Shown here: positions 29,431 through 39,360 of the stretch, one piece after another
Layout: the number at the start of each line of letters is the position of its first letter
Position numbering within the stretch: the first letter of the stretch is position 1
From: an uncultured Bacilli bacterium
Lineage (GTDB): Bacteria > Bacillota_I > Bacilli_A > RF39 > UBA660
Length of the DNA: 64,000 bases
Reading direction: 5' to 3'
NCBI GenBank assembly: GCA_947626095.1
Contig: CANQQV010000008.1
Location: 11,906 to 75,905, forward strand
Translations under genes and position numbers: made by a program
The notes under the pieces: generated by a model
What the model was told of the DNA's origin: nothing
What the model saw: only the letters and a program-made list of their open reading frames with translations
The model's database searches: none

Positions 29431-31644
29431 CTATAAGGTATTATGGTCATTATTTAAGAATTTATTCACTAATTGGGTTTTTAAATAAGTTTTACGATTA
29501 GTGGAATAATCATTATTAGTTGCTTGTAAAAAGCTTTCGATTTCACCAATTAAAACTAAACTCTTTTTAGCACGAGAAACACCAGTATAGATTAGTTTAT
29601 TGTATAACATTTTATAATAACTTTTAGAGATTGGCATGATAACATGAGCAAACTCGGATCCTTGGCTTTTATGAATTGATATCGCATAAGCATGTTTAAT
29701 ATTAATTAATTCTTCTCTACTATAGATAACTTCATTACCATCAAAATCTATAGTAAAAACTTCTTTTTTCTTAGGATTCATTATTGTACCTATACTACTA
29801 ATATATCCAATATCACCATTAAATATGTTATTATCAGGATCATTTACTAGTTGTAAGACTTTATCATGTTCACGGTAGATTATGTCCCCTACTTTTACTT
29901 CATGTTTATCTTTAGATTTTGGATTAAAGATTTCTTGTAATAAGATGTTTAAGTTATCAATACCATTTTCACCTTTATACATTGGAGCAAGAATTTGAAT
30001 ATCTTCTTCAGTTAATCCTTTTTCTTTACTCATTAAACAGATTTGTCGAATCATTTCTTTAATAGCTAAACCACTAGCTCTTAGGAAGTTATAGTCATCA
30101 GTTTGAGTCGTAAAGTCTTCTCTTAGGTTATGTTCTTTGATTTCTTTAGCTAAAATAGGAATATATGAGTTATCACTTTGACGATAAATTTGTTCTAAGA
30201 CAGTATGAGTAAACATATCACTATCAATTAAGTCATTTAGAATTAAACCAGGACCAACTGATGGTAATTGGTTAGCATCACCGACTAAAACTAAGGTAAT
30301 ATTATGGCCGATACCTTTAAGTAGAGAATCAAATAAATAGGTATCTATCATACTGGTTTCATCAACAATAATTAATTTATGATAGTTTTTATTATATTCA
30401 TTTATTTGAAATTCATTTTTTTCTTTATTCCATTTTAAGTAACGGTGAATAGTCATAGCTCCAAGACCAGTTGAATCACTCATTTTTTTAGCAGCACGAC
30501 CAGTTGGCGCAAGTAAAGCTATTTCGTTGATGATATCTTTATAATTTAAATTATGAATGCGAATATATAGTTTAACGATGGAATTAATAATTGTTGTTTT
30601 ACCTGTTCCAGGGCCACCAGTAATAATACTTATACGATTAGTTAAAGCATTTTTAATCGCTTTTTTCTGATTAGAATTGTATTTGACACCATATTCTAGT
30701 TCAATGCCGGACATTAAAGCATCAAAGTTATCAACTTTAGTTTTAGAATGACGTGATATAAGTTCTAAGTTAAGGGCGATATCTTCCTCATAATCATAGT
30801 ATTCTTTTAAAAATAAGTCATTGCCGTTAATTATGATTTCTTTTTTTTGACTAAGTTCTAATAAGTAATTATCGAGTTCACTTTCGGTAATAAATATTTT
30901 AAATTCATTTCTAATATTACTAAATAGTTCTTCTTTATAAATATAAGTATCACCGTTTTTAAAACCTAAACGTTTAAAAGATTCAATAATACAAGCTAAG
31001 ACACGTTCGTGACTATCAGCTTCTTTCATGGAAAGAAAGACTTTATCTAATTTATTAAAATCAATAATATCGATTAAAGAATATATATTTTTATCAACTA
31101 TTTCTAGGGAACTTTCACCCCATTTATTTAAAATGGATAAAGCTTCATTGATTGTAAAACCTAATTTTTTAAGTTTAACGATTATTTCATCAGTACTTTG
31201 ATACTTAACTATTGAATTATATATTCTTTTAGCTTTTACTTCAGAAATACCAGGAACTTTTAGAAGTTCTTGAAAATCATTTTTTATTAAAGATAAGGCA
31301 TCTTCACCAAGAGTTTCAACAATAGCAGTGGCAGTTTTTTCACCACAACCTTTAACTAAGGAACTAGATAGAAAATCAATGACAGCATCTTTACCTTTAG
31401 GTTCTTCTCTTTCATAAGATGAAACTTGAAATTGATTACCATATCTTTCATTAAAAATATAATTACCAGTTAACTTGTAGTAATCTTCATTATTTAAATT
31501 AGCAAAATAACCAGTAAAAGTAATGGTTTTATTTTCATATTCAGATAGGCCTTTTGAAGCTTCTTTAATTCTAAAGAGACCGACTTTATAACCATTATCT
31601 GATTCAAAAATCATTTGCTTAAATTTTCCTCTTATGCATTCCAT
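29431..31644 (-). CDS. recD2: ATP-dependent RecD2 helicase
   Basis: YGNQFQV, GCGEKTA, ITGGPGTGKTT, LAPTGRAAK, VDETSMID, SIHKSQGSEF. Confidence 0.96.
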   Translation of the reverse strand: MECIRGKFKQMIFESDNGYKVGLFRIKEASKGLSEYENKTITFTGYFANLNNEDYYKLTGNYIFNERYGNQFQVSSYEREEPKGKDAVIDFLSSSLVKGCGEKTATAIVETLGEDALSLIKNDFQELLKVPGISEVKAKRIYNSIVKYQSTDEIIVKLKKLGFTINEALSILNKWGESSLEIVDKNIYSLIDIIDFNKLDKVFLSMKEADSHERVLACIIESFKRLGFKNGDTYIYKEELFSNIRNEFKIFITESELDNYLLELSQKKEIIINGNDLFLKEYYDYEEDIALNLELISRHSKTKVDNFDALMSGIELEYGVKYNSNQKKAIKNALTNRISIITGGPGTGKTTIINSIVKLYIRIHNLNYKDIINEIALLAPTGRAAKKMSDSTGLGAMTIHRYLKWNKEKNEFQINEYNKNYHKLIIVDETSMIDTYLFDSLLKGIGHNITLVLVGDANQLPSVGPGLILNDLIDSDMFTHTVLEQIYRQSDNSYIPILAKEIKEHNLREDFTTQTDDYNFLRASGLAIKEMIRQICLMSKEKGLTEEDIQILAPMYKGENGIDNLNILLQEIFNPKSKDKHEVKVGDIIYREHDKVLQLVNDPDNNIFNGDIGYISSIGTIMNPKKKEVFTIDFDGNEVIYSREELINIKHAYAISIHKSQGSEFAHVIMPISKSYYKMLYNKLIYTGVSRAKKSLVLIGEIESFLQATNNDYSTNRKTYLKTQLVNKFLNNDHNTL
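29439..29467 (-). promoter_or_regulatory. Sigma-G-like promoter of the small ORF
   Basis: GAATA-N17-CATAATA inside the 3' end of recD2. Confidence 0.55.
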
Positions 31645-31710
31645 AGTAAGTATCACCTTTTTTTATTTTATCACATACCATTATAAAAAGCGAATATTTT
31701 TTCGCTTTTT

Positions 31711-31938
31711 TTAATTGTCATTTTGATGTTTTTTAGTAAAGTAAAGTAAGGCTTTATCAAATTCGTTAGCATTATCTAATTTTAGAACTTCATTATCTTG
31801 ACCCATTTTACGAATACAAAAATCTTTTTCATCATTTTCATTAGTTAAATATAAGTATGTTGTATTATTTTCAGTTATTTCATCAATAATAAAATAATCA
31901 ATACCATTTTCTAATGTTATATATTCTAAATCTTCCAT
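31711..31938 (-). CDS. Small acidic hypothetical protein (DUF1292-like)
   Basis: 75 aa with AGGTG RBS; YFIIDEI..YLYL..EFDKAL. Confidence 0.6.
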   Translation of the reverse strand: MEDLEYITLENGIDYFIIDEITENNTTYLYLTNENDEKDFCIRKMGQDNEVLKLDNANEFDKALLYFTKKHQNDN

Positions 31939-31945
31939 TTCACAC

Positions 31946-32599
31946 CTACTTACCTTGTTTAAAGCTTTCTACTTCTTGTTGTTTTTCTTCAAGTTCATTT
32001 AATGTTTGAATATAATCAATAATGATTTCTTTATATTTATCAGTATCAACTACTAGTTTGCCATCAACAACTTTACAAGCACCTTTAGCAGAACAATAGC
32101 TATCAAAACTGGAATATTCTGTATAACCTAGTTGGTGTAAATCAGAAAATAAATGATTCATACAGTTTAAAGTACTACTTTTATTCCAACCAATTTTATT
32201 AAAGGCGCCATAAACGAATGAATCAAAATCCATGTTTTCACTATCGTATTCACTAGCGATATCATAATAATCATACCAATAAGCGCCAGGTTCTTGAGCT
32301 GGACGCGTACCACTTCTTACAGCATTGTATCCATATTCAACGGAAACATTTGAAGTATTAATGTCTTCAACAAATCCTTTAACACCATTATAACCTAATA
32401 CTAGAGTGCCACTTAATAAAATAGTCGCAATAGCTCCAGCAATAAAGCCTTTTTTTAAGCCTTCAAAATGTCCTTTGTTAAAACCTTTGCGATAACCTTT
32501 ACGATATATTTTTTGATTATTTTCTTTTTGCTGTTCTTCAGCAATACTAGCTTCACGTGCTTTTAAATAATCTTCCATAGAAACTGTATTTCCTGCCAT
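31946..32599 (-). CDS. Hypothetical membrane-anchored protein
   Basis: GxxxG-rich segment then a single TM; start at MAGNT behind AGGA. Confidence 0.7.
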   Translation of the reverse strand: MAGNTVSMEDYLKAREASIAEEQQKENNQKIYRKGYRKGFNKGHFEGLKKGFIAGAIATILLSGTLVLGYNGVKGFVEDINTSNVSVEYGYNAVRSGTRPAQEPGAYWYDYYDIASEYDSENMDFDSFVYGAFNKIGWNKSSTLNCMNHLFSDLHQLGYTEYSSFDSYCSAKGACKVVDGKLVVDTDKYKEIIIDYIQTLNELEEKQQEVESFKQGK

Positions 32600-32695
32600 G
32601 TAATCACATCCTATTATTAATATACTACACTTAAAAATAAGTGTCAAAATGTTTTATTGAGGAATATAAAAAGAAGGATTAACCTTCTATAATTT

Positions 32696-33703
32696 TTATT
32701 TCATTCCAGGGCTTGATGGGTTGATTCCATTAAGATAATCTTCAGATACATAGACTTCGTTATTATAGATAACAGCATCTTCTGGAAGATTATCAATACT
32801 ATAATTGTTGTTGGTATCAGTTGCTTGAATAAATATTGTATAATTAGCATCAGTATCATCAAGAATAACTTTATTGTTTTGATCAACTAATTCACCTTCG
32901 TATTTGCCTTTACCAAGATTTTGACCTGCTTGAGTTAATATAGCGGCATCAGCATATGGAGATTGAGAAAATACTTCTTCAGAAAACATACTTTTTTTGA
33001 TAGCTTCATTGTAAGCGGCGGCAGCATTTCTAAATTCTTTGTGATATTTTTCGATTAGCGATCCGACAATTTCTTGTGGTAAACCAGATTCTATTTGATC
33101 AACATAATTATAGTAATTAATCATAACTTGAGTAAACGCTTCATATAATTCATTTCTTTGGGTATGAACATAATCATAACTACTCTTTTCTGCTTTACTA
33201 CTTATTTCGCCAATTGCGTAGTTGGCCCATGAAACAAGAATTAAATCATCAGCACTATCAATAGTGTTTAAATGTTGTTCAACAATAGGAATTGGATCTT
33301 TAGCTGGAGGATTTTTAGGTAAGGCTTTAAATATACCAATAGCAACGAAAAAAGCTATAGCAGCAGCAGTTAAACGCCAAAGGGTTTTTCTTCTTTGCAG
33401 TTTAAACTTACGACTTCTTTCATCACGAATTTCTTGACGATGAGCAATTGTTTCATTTTCAATTACACCGTTATGAAAATAAAATTCATTATAGTGACCA
33501 GCTTGAGGGTTATAGGAAATATCACCGATAGTATAACCATGTTTTGAATAAAAAACATAGCCATTTTCATTTTCTTCGACTCTACCTACTTCTAAGCCAT
33601 ACTTTCTTTTTATAGAATCACAAATATTTTGTAAGACTCTTTCAGTTAAAGGATATCTTTTTGTGTATACAAAGTTAATTTCCCTATTATCTGGATTTTC
33701 CAT
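32696..33703 (-). CDS. Hypothetical single-TM protein
   Basis: Long ORF with a central TM helix; no recognised motif. Confidence 0.7.
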   Translation of the reverse strand: MENPDNREINFVYTKRYPLTERVLQNICDSIKRKYGLEVGRVEENENGYVFYSKHGYTIGDISYNPQAGHYNEFYFHNGVIENETIAHRQEIRDERSRKFKLQRRKTLWRLTAAAIAFFVAIGIFKALPKNPPAKDPIPIVEQHLNTIDSADDLILVSWANYAIGEISSKAEKSSYDYVHTQRNELYEAFTQVMINYYNYVDQIESGLPQEIVGSLIEKYHKEFRNAAAAYNEAIKKSMFSEEVFSQSPYADAAILTQAGQNLGKGKYEGELVDQNNKVILDDTDANYTIFIQATDTNNNYSIDNLPEDAVIYNNEVYVSEDYLNGINPSSPGMK

Positions 33704-33752
33704 AATATCACACGCTTTCATCTATTATTCAAATTATATAATATTTTTCTTA

Positions 33753-35033
33753 TTATTTCAATATTGCTAAGACGTCACTGACATGAGCTTCAGTTACTAA
33801 AGCATCGTAGCTTTGATTTGGTTTTAATGCTTCATTAATTATAACTTTTAAGAAATTTTCGGTATGACCAGTTGACACTCCATTATTAACTTCTTCTATT
33901 AAGACTTTTACTTCTTGGTTAATAAATTCTTGGTTATATGCTAATTGTAGTTCTTCATCGATTTTAATTAGGTGACGAGCACGTTCTTTTTTGATATTGT
34001 TTGGTATTTGGTTAGGCATAGTAGCGGCTTTAGTCCCTTCTCTTATACTATAAGGGAAAACATGAATTTTACTAAAACGAACTTTTTGACAAAACTCAAT
34101 ACATTCTTTAAAATCTTCTTCAGTTTCACCAGGAAAACCAACTATAACATCTGTGGTAAGATTAATATTAGGACGAGCTGCTCTTATCTTATTAATTTTA
34201 GTTAAGTATTCTTCTTTAGTATATTTACGATTCATTAGTTTTAAAATTCGCGCACTACCTGATTGTAGAGAAACATGTAAATGACCACAAAGTTTAGGAT
34301 TGTTTTGCAGTTCTTCAATAAATTTATCGGTTATTTCCGTTATTTCAATACTAGAGATTCTGATTCTTTCTAAAGAAGGTATTTTAGATACTTCTCTTAT
34401 TAAATCAGTTAGATCATATTGACCTGTTTCTTTGCCATAGGCACCAGTATTAATACCTGTAAAGACAATTTCTTTATGACCTATATTAACAAGATCTTTA
34501 ACTTCTTTAATGACTTCAGAAAATTCTTTACTTCTAATACTTCCTCTTACATAAGGAATAATACAGTAAGCACAATAGTTATTACAACCATCTTGGATTT
34601 TAACGTAAGCTCTAGTTAAATCGTTAAATTCAGCAACTTGCATATTTTCAAATTCAAGATGACGAGTATTATAAAATTTAACATATTTTTCATTATTTAA
34701 TTTATAGTCTTCGATTAGTTTAACAACAAGAGATTTTTCTTTATTACCAATTAAAATATCGATATCTAAATCATTTAGAGTTTCGCGTTTGTTTTCAGCG
34801 GTACAACCACAAACCATTAAAATAGCTTGGTTATTATCTCTTCTAACGTCACGAATCATTTTCTTACATTTATTATCAGCTGTATTAGTAACGCTACAAG
34901 TATTTATAATAACAATGTCACTAGTTTTGTAGTCGTCATTATAAACGTAATGGCTTTTTAAAAGTTGTTCTTTCATATATTCAGATTCATAAGAATTAAC
35001 TTTACAACCAAATGTAATAATACTAAATTTCAT
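33753..35033 (-). CDS. mtaB: tRNA t6A37 methylthiotransferase
   Basis: TFGCKVNSYES, INTCSVT, QDGCNNYCAYCIIP radical SAM motif, IHVFPYS.REGT. Confidence 0.95.
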   Translation of the reverse strand: MKFSIITFGCKVNSYESEYMKEQLLKSHYVYNDDYKTSDIVIINTCSVTNTADNKCKKMIRDVRRDNNQAILMVCGCTAENKRETLNDLDIDILIGNKEKSLVVKLIEDYKLNNEKYVKFYNTRHLEFENMQVAEFNDLTRAYVKIQDGCNNYCAYCIIPYVRGSIRSKEFSEVIKEVKDLVNIGHKEIVFTGINTGAYGKETGQYDLTDLIREVSKIPSLERIRISSIEITEITDKFIEELQNNPKLCGHLHVSLQSGSARILKLMNRKYTKEEYLTKINKIRAARPNINLTTDVIVGFPGETEEDFKECIEFCQKVRFSKIHVFPYSIREGTKAATMPNQIPNNIKKERARHLIKIDEELQLAYNQEFINQEVKVLIEEVNNGVSTGHTENFLKVIINEALKPNQSYDALVTEAHVSDVLAILK

Positions 35034-35089
35034 AAACATCACCCGGTTTTAAATTATAACACAAATAAAACTAATCGCAAATGATTAGT

Positions 35090-35827
35090 CTATTTTACAA
35101 AAATAGCAAGGATGGCATCAATTAAAATGATAAGGCCAAAGAAGATAAAAAATAACCAGCTAGTCTTGGAAATTGTCACTTTTTTAGCTTTTTCTTCAGT
35201 TATTTCTTTATCATCAGTAACTACTTTTTTTAGTTTGACACTTAAGTATTTTTTAGTACTTAAGTCATCTTTAGTTTTTAAACAGAAAGTTGTGGAATCA
35301 CCTAGTTCTTTAAATTGAAGATTATTATCTTGTTTAATAAAGAAACCAAACATGGCTAAATCCCCAGCTGCGCCGGAAATATTAATTACAGATAAAGCAA
35401 TTAATAGAAAGGAATTAATTAACCAACCAATTATTAGAGTTATAACACCGATTATCATAAATGGTGATAATAAAGAAATGATAATATTTTTCTTATTAAT
35501 AAATTCACCACATTTACAATAAAATACACCTTTTTCTAAAGCAGCACCAAAGGTAATATTTTCGTTTTTAGCACCATTTAAATGATAAGCTATACCATGA
35601 ATTATTTCATGAAGAATCATCCATAAAAACATTAATACGCAGATTACAATACAATCAAGTAAACTTGATGATTCTATAATATTAATATTTAATGTAGTAT
35701 TACTTAATTTATAGTAAGCCCAAGTAAGTAAAACAGGTATTATAAATAAGATAAGTGATATAAAGGTTATATAACCCATTTTATATTCAAAAATATAAGT
35801 ATTTACTTTTTTATCTTCTTTTTTCAT
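35090..35827 (-). CDS. DUF3267-like membrane zincin
   Basis: LHEIIH HExxH inside TM segments, GAAGD motif. Confidence 0.8.
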   Translation of the reverse strand: MKKEDKKVNTYIFEYKMGYITFISLILFIIPVLLTWAYYKLSNTTLNINIIESSSLLDCIVICVLMFLWMILHEIIHGIAYHLNGAKNENITFGAALEKGVFYCKCGEFINKKNIIISLLSPFMIIGVITLIIGWLINSFLLIALSVINISGAAGDLAMFGFFIKQDNNLQFKELGDSTTFCLKTKDDLSTKKYLSVKLKKVVTDDKEITEEKAKKVTISKTSWLFFIFFGLIILIDAILAIFVK

Positions 35828-35837
35828 AACTACCCTC

Positions 35838-36284
35838 TTAATTTAAACTATTTTTTAATTGTTTTAATTGAGCTAGGAAATCCTCTTCATGTTGATATTC
35901 ATTATGATAATTATGATTACTAACAATAGTATTATTTATTTCTTGTTCATTTTGGGACTGTTTTACTAATTCATCATAACTTATGATTGCCGTTTTTTCC
36001 TGCTCTATTTCATACTCTGTATAATCAACATTATGCTCTTTTGGTAATTGTTCTAGTTCTTTACTTAAATTTTGTAAATCAGTAGGACTATCATTTAATT
36101 GGGTGATATTGTTATTGCTATCAGGACTGATATTATTTGGTTGTGATGTTTGACTGACGTTATTATTTATTTCTTTGTTTTGAAGATATAAAAGTAATAA
36201 GATAGAAATAATGACAACAAACAATAAAGCAAATAAGATGTAGATAATAGGATTACTATTATTTACATTATCAAGTAAGAACAT
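35838..36284 (-). CDS. Hypothetical membrane-anchored protein
   Basis: N-terminal TM; EQEKTAIISYDEL and FLAQLKQL segments. Confidence 0.7.
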   Translation of the reverse strand: MFLLDNVNNSNPIIYILFALLFVVIISILLLLYLQNKEINNNVSQTSQPNNISPDSNNNITQLNDSPTDLQNLSKELEQLPKEHNVDYTEYEIEQEKTAIISYDELVKQSQNEQEINNTIVSNHNYHNEYQHEEDFLAQLKQLKNSLN

Positions 36285-36305
36285 AACTATCACCTCGATT
36301 CATGT

Positions 36306-37592
36306 TTAAGAAACAATTATATATGGATTTTCAATAGTTCCATCGCCTTTTATTTTAGCATCAGTATTAATATTAATAACTGGTCTAATATAAGTATTAG
36401 TAGATACTAGGGTTCCATCACCTATAGCACCATCTTTAGTAACGTTTATCATAGATACATTGTTGTCTTGATTTATAAAGTAACTACTACTAGTAATATA
36501 ACTACCTTCAATATCTTTATTATATAAATAATAAGATTGATTAGGCGTATTTTTGTAAGCACCAGCAAGGACTACTTCATCGACACTTAGAAGACCTACT
36601 TTGCCAGTATAGATTGTAGCATTACAATATAAATCTGGCGCTGTATCAACAAATATTCGTTCATAAGAACGTGAATAATTTAAATTATTAAAGTTATAAG
36701 TAAAGTTATTATCAGTACAGAAATCACTACTAGCTAAATAAGCGTCATAATTTTTTAATTTAGTATCAAGCCAAGTATTTAGAGTATTAATGATAGATGC
36801 TTCTTGTAATAAAGCTAAATCTTGATAATTACTTAATGTATTAGTGTTATAAGGATATTCGTTTTCTAAGACATCGTTTAAAACAAGTCTAACTGAACCA
36901 TCACCGTTTATTCTAACTATTCTAAATAATAAATCACCTAATCTAACATAGTTATTATCAATATTACCTCTAAAATAGTAAGTTGTTCCTTTATTATCAC
37001 TAGAACTAATTAGCCCTTCATTAAGAGTGGCTATTTCATTACCAATACGAGTTTGAGGACTATTAATAGTATTGTTAAGTAAGATAAGATCATCAAAGGA
37101 ATTAGTTGATAATGATTCATTTTCAACTTTTATGGTTCCTTTAAAATTGATAATAGTATTATTAGCTATTTCAATAGTAAAACGAACAGTATCTTCGCCT
37201 TCAATGGTAAATAAGTTTAATAGTTTAACTGTATTAGATTTAGTGGTTACTTCATCGATAACATTACCACTATAATCTTTTATTTTTACTTTAATATTGT
37301 TGGTATTTACGTCATTTAAATATAGTGAATAGTATACTCTATCAACAGAAGTATTGGTAATAGTTACTTTATATTCATGGGTTTTATTATCAATAAAGTT
37401 AATATCTTGACCATCGACATAGTTTATAATTAAATCCCCTTCATTAGATACAATAGCAACTGGACCTTCATCACTAAAAAAATCTTTAATTTTACTGCCA
37501 ACTAAAGCGGCAGCCACAATTAAAAAGAAAATAATGATTAGAGTCAAAATTACAATTTTATATTTGACATCTATATCTAGAATTCGAGCCAT
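36306..37592 (-). CDS. Membrane-anchored extracellular protein (DUF6273-like C-terminal domain)
   Basis: TM; YYFRGNIDNNYV..FRIVRINGDGSVRLV, VGLLSVDE, IRPVINI, GDGT.ENPY. Confidence 0.65.
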   Translation of the reverse strand: MARILDIDVKYKIVILTLIIIFFLIVAAALVGSKIKDFFSDEGPVAIVSNEGDLIINYVDGQDINFIDNKTHEYKVTITNTSVDRVYYSLYLNDVNTNNIKVKIKDYSGNVIDEVTTKSNTVKLLNLFTIEGEDTVRFTIEIANNTIINFKGTIKVENESLSTNSFDDLILLNNTINSPQTRIGNEIATLNEGLISSSDNKGTTYYFRGNIDNNYVRLGDLLFRIVRINGDGSVRLVLNDVLENEYPYNTNTLSNYQDLALLQEASIINTLNTWLDTKLKNYDAYLASSDFCTDNNFTYNFNNLNYSRSYERIFVDTAPDLYCNATIYTGKVGLLSVDEVVLAGAYKNTPNQSYYLYNKDIEGSYITSSSYFINQDNNVSMINVTKDGAIGDGTLVSTNTYIRPVININTDAKIKGDGTIENPYIIVS

Positions 37593-37734
37593 AGAACTTC
37601 TCACCTTTTCAGTATTTATTATATCAAAAAATAGATAACTCAACAATATTCTTTAAAAGTAATAAATAATTTCAGAATTTGTTTATAATAACTGTTTAAT
37701 AATTATTTTACTGTTTTTTCGTATATCCCATAGA

Positions 37735-37748
37735 AATCGAATTCGATT
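37735..37748. promoter_or_regulatory. Perfect 14-bp palindrome, probable operator
   Basis: AATCGAATTCGATT just upstream of the XRE regulator. Confidence 0.5.
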
Positions 37749-37782
37749 AATTTTAAATGGAATAATTATTTTGGTGATATTA

Positions 37783-38223
37783 ATGATTGTTGAGAAGTTA
37801 AGAGAAAGTCGTGAATCACTAGATATTAAGCAGAAAGATATTGCCAAATTATTTAGTGTTCATTTTACAACTGTTTCTGGTTGGGAGAACGGAAATGATA
37901 CAATTCCTTTAGCAAGACTGATTATTTACGCTAATTATTTTAATTTTAGTTTAGATTATTTATATGGACTTACAAAACATAATCAAAAATATGAGAAGAT
38001 TATTGTTAATCTTGATAATATTGCAAAAAATTTAAAAGCATTAAGAAAAGCTAATAATATGACGCAGACAGAAGTATGTAAAAGATTAAATATTGCTCAT
38101 AGTTCTTATTCAGATTATGAAACTGGCAAACGATTAATATCAACAACGACTTTATATGCTTTAACAACAATCTATAAACCATTTTCAATAGATGCAATAT
38201 TTGATAGAAAAAAGGTAAAATAA
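37783..38223 (+). CDS. Tandem double-HTH XRE-family regulator
   Basis: Two Cro/C1 HTHs: QKDIAKLFSVHFTTVSGWENG and TQTEVCKRLNIAHSSYSDYETG. Confidence 0.9.
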   Translation: MIVEKLRESRESLDIKQKDIAKLFSVHFTTVSGWENGNDTIPLARLIIYANYFNFSLDYLYGLTKHNQKYEKIIVNLDNIAKNLKALRKANNMTQTEVCKRLNIAHSSYSDYETGKRLISTTTLYALTTIYKPFSIDAIFDRKKVK

Positions 38224-38250
38224 AGGAGAATCAAAAATGATTCTCTTTTT

Positions 38251-39360
38251 TTATAAATATTTTTTAAAGTTTTTAAATGAACTACCTGTTTCTAAATCTG
38301 TTTTATCAAGTTCTTTAAATAGTTCTTTTTGTTTACGATCTAGTTTATCAGGAATAACAACGTCGATAACAACGTACATATCACCTTTTTTATTACGTGT
38401 TGGATCTTTTACTCCTTTACCACGTAATCTTAGTTGATCACCTGGCTGAGTACCAGCGTCAATATCTAATATAACTGTACCATCAATTGTTGGAATTTCT
38501 TTCTTACAACCTAGAACAGCTTCGGTTATTGTTAGAGGAACATCAATGTATATATCATTTTCTTTTCTTTCAAATAATGGATGATCTTTAACAATGAACT
38601 CTATATAAATATCGCCGTTAGGTCCACCATTGTAACCAGCGGCTCCCTTACCAGATATTCTTAGTTGGTAACCGGTATCAACACCTTCAGGAATAGTGAT
38701 TTCAATTTCTTTATTTTTAACAACGTGACCTGTTCCACCACATTTTTTACATGTGCTTTTGAAGGTTTTACCACGACCACCACAGTTAGGGCATGTACTT
38801 TCAGCTTGGAAGACACCAAACATGGTTCTTTGTTCAGTAATTACTTTGCCATGGCCACCACATGTACGACATGTTTCTTCGCCACTACCACCTTTGCCAT
38901 CGCATTCTTCACATTCAGAATCTAAATCAATATTGATGGCCTTTTTACAACCGAAAACGGCTTCTTCAAAGGTTAAATTAACTTTAACTAAGGAATCACG
39001 GCCTTTTGTAGGACGGTTGCTTCTTGTTCTTCTACTGCCGCCAAACATACTACCACCAAATAAGTCTTCAAAAATACTTGATAAATCAATATCATCAGCA
39101 GAGAAACCACCAAAGCCACCTTGAGCAGCACCGTTTGTATAAGCCTCATGACCTAATTGATCGTATTGACGTCTTTTATCTGGATCAGATAAAACGGCAT
39201 ACGCTTCACCTATTTCTTTAAATTTAGCTTCAGCCCCAGGTTCTTTGTTAATATCAGGATGGTATTTTTTGGCCATTTTTCTAAAAGCACTTTTTATTTC
39301 GTCTTCAGTGGCATTTTTAGAAACGCCTAATGTTTCATAATAATCTTTACTGCTAGCCAT
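38251..39360 (-). CDS. dnaJ: Chaperone DnaJ
   Basis: J domain HPD, G/F region, four CxxCxGxG repeats. Confidence 0.98.
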   Translation of the reverse strand: MASSKDYYETLGVSKNATEDEIKSAFRKMAKKYHPDINKEPGAEAKFKEIGEAYAVLSDPDKRRQYDQLGHEAYTNGAAQGGFGGFSADDIDLSSIFEDLFGGSMFGGSRRTRSNRPTKGRDSLVKVNLTFEEAVFGCKKAINIDLDSECEECDGKGGSGEETCRTCGGHGKVITEQRTMFGVFQAESTCPNCGGRGKTFKSTCKKCGGTGHVVKNKEIEITIPEGVDTGYQLRISGKGAAGYNGGPNGDIYIEFIVKDHPLFERKENDIYIDVPLTITEAVLGCKKEIPTIDGTVILDIDAGTQPGDQLRLRGKGVKDPTRNKKGDMYVVIDVVIPDKLDRKQKELFKELDKTDLETGSSFKNFKKYL

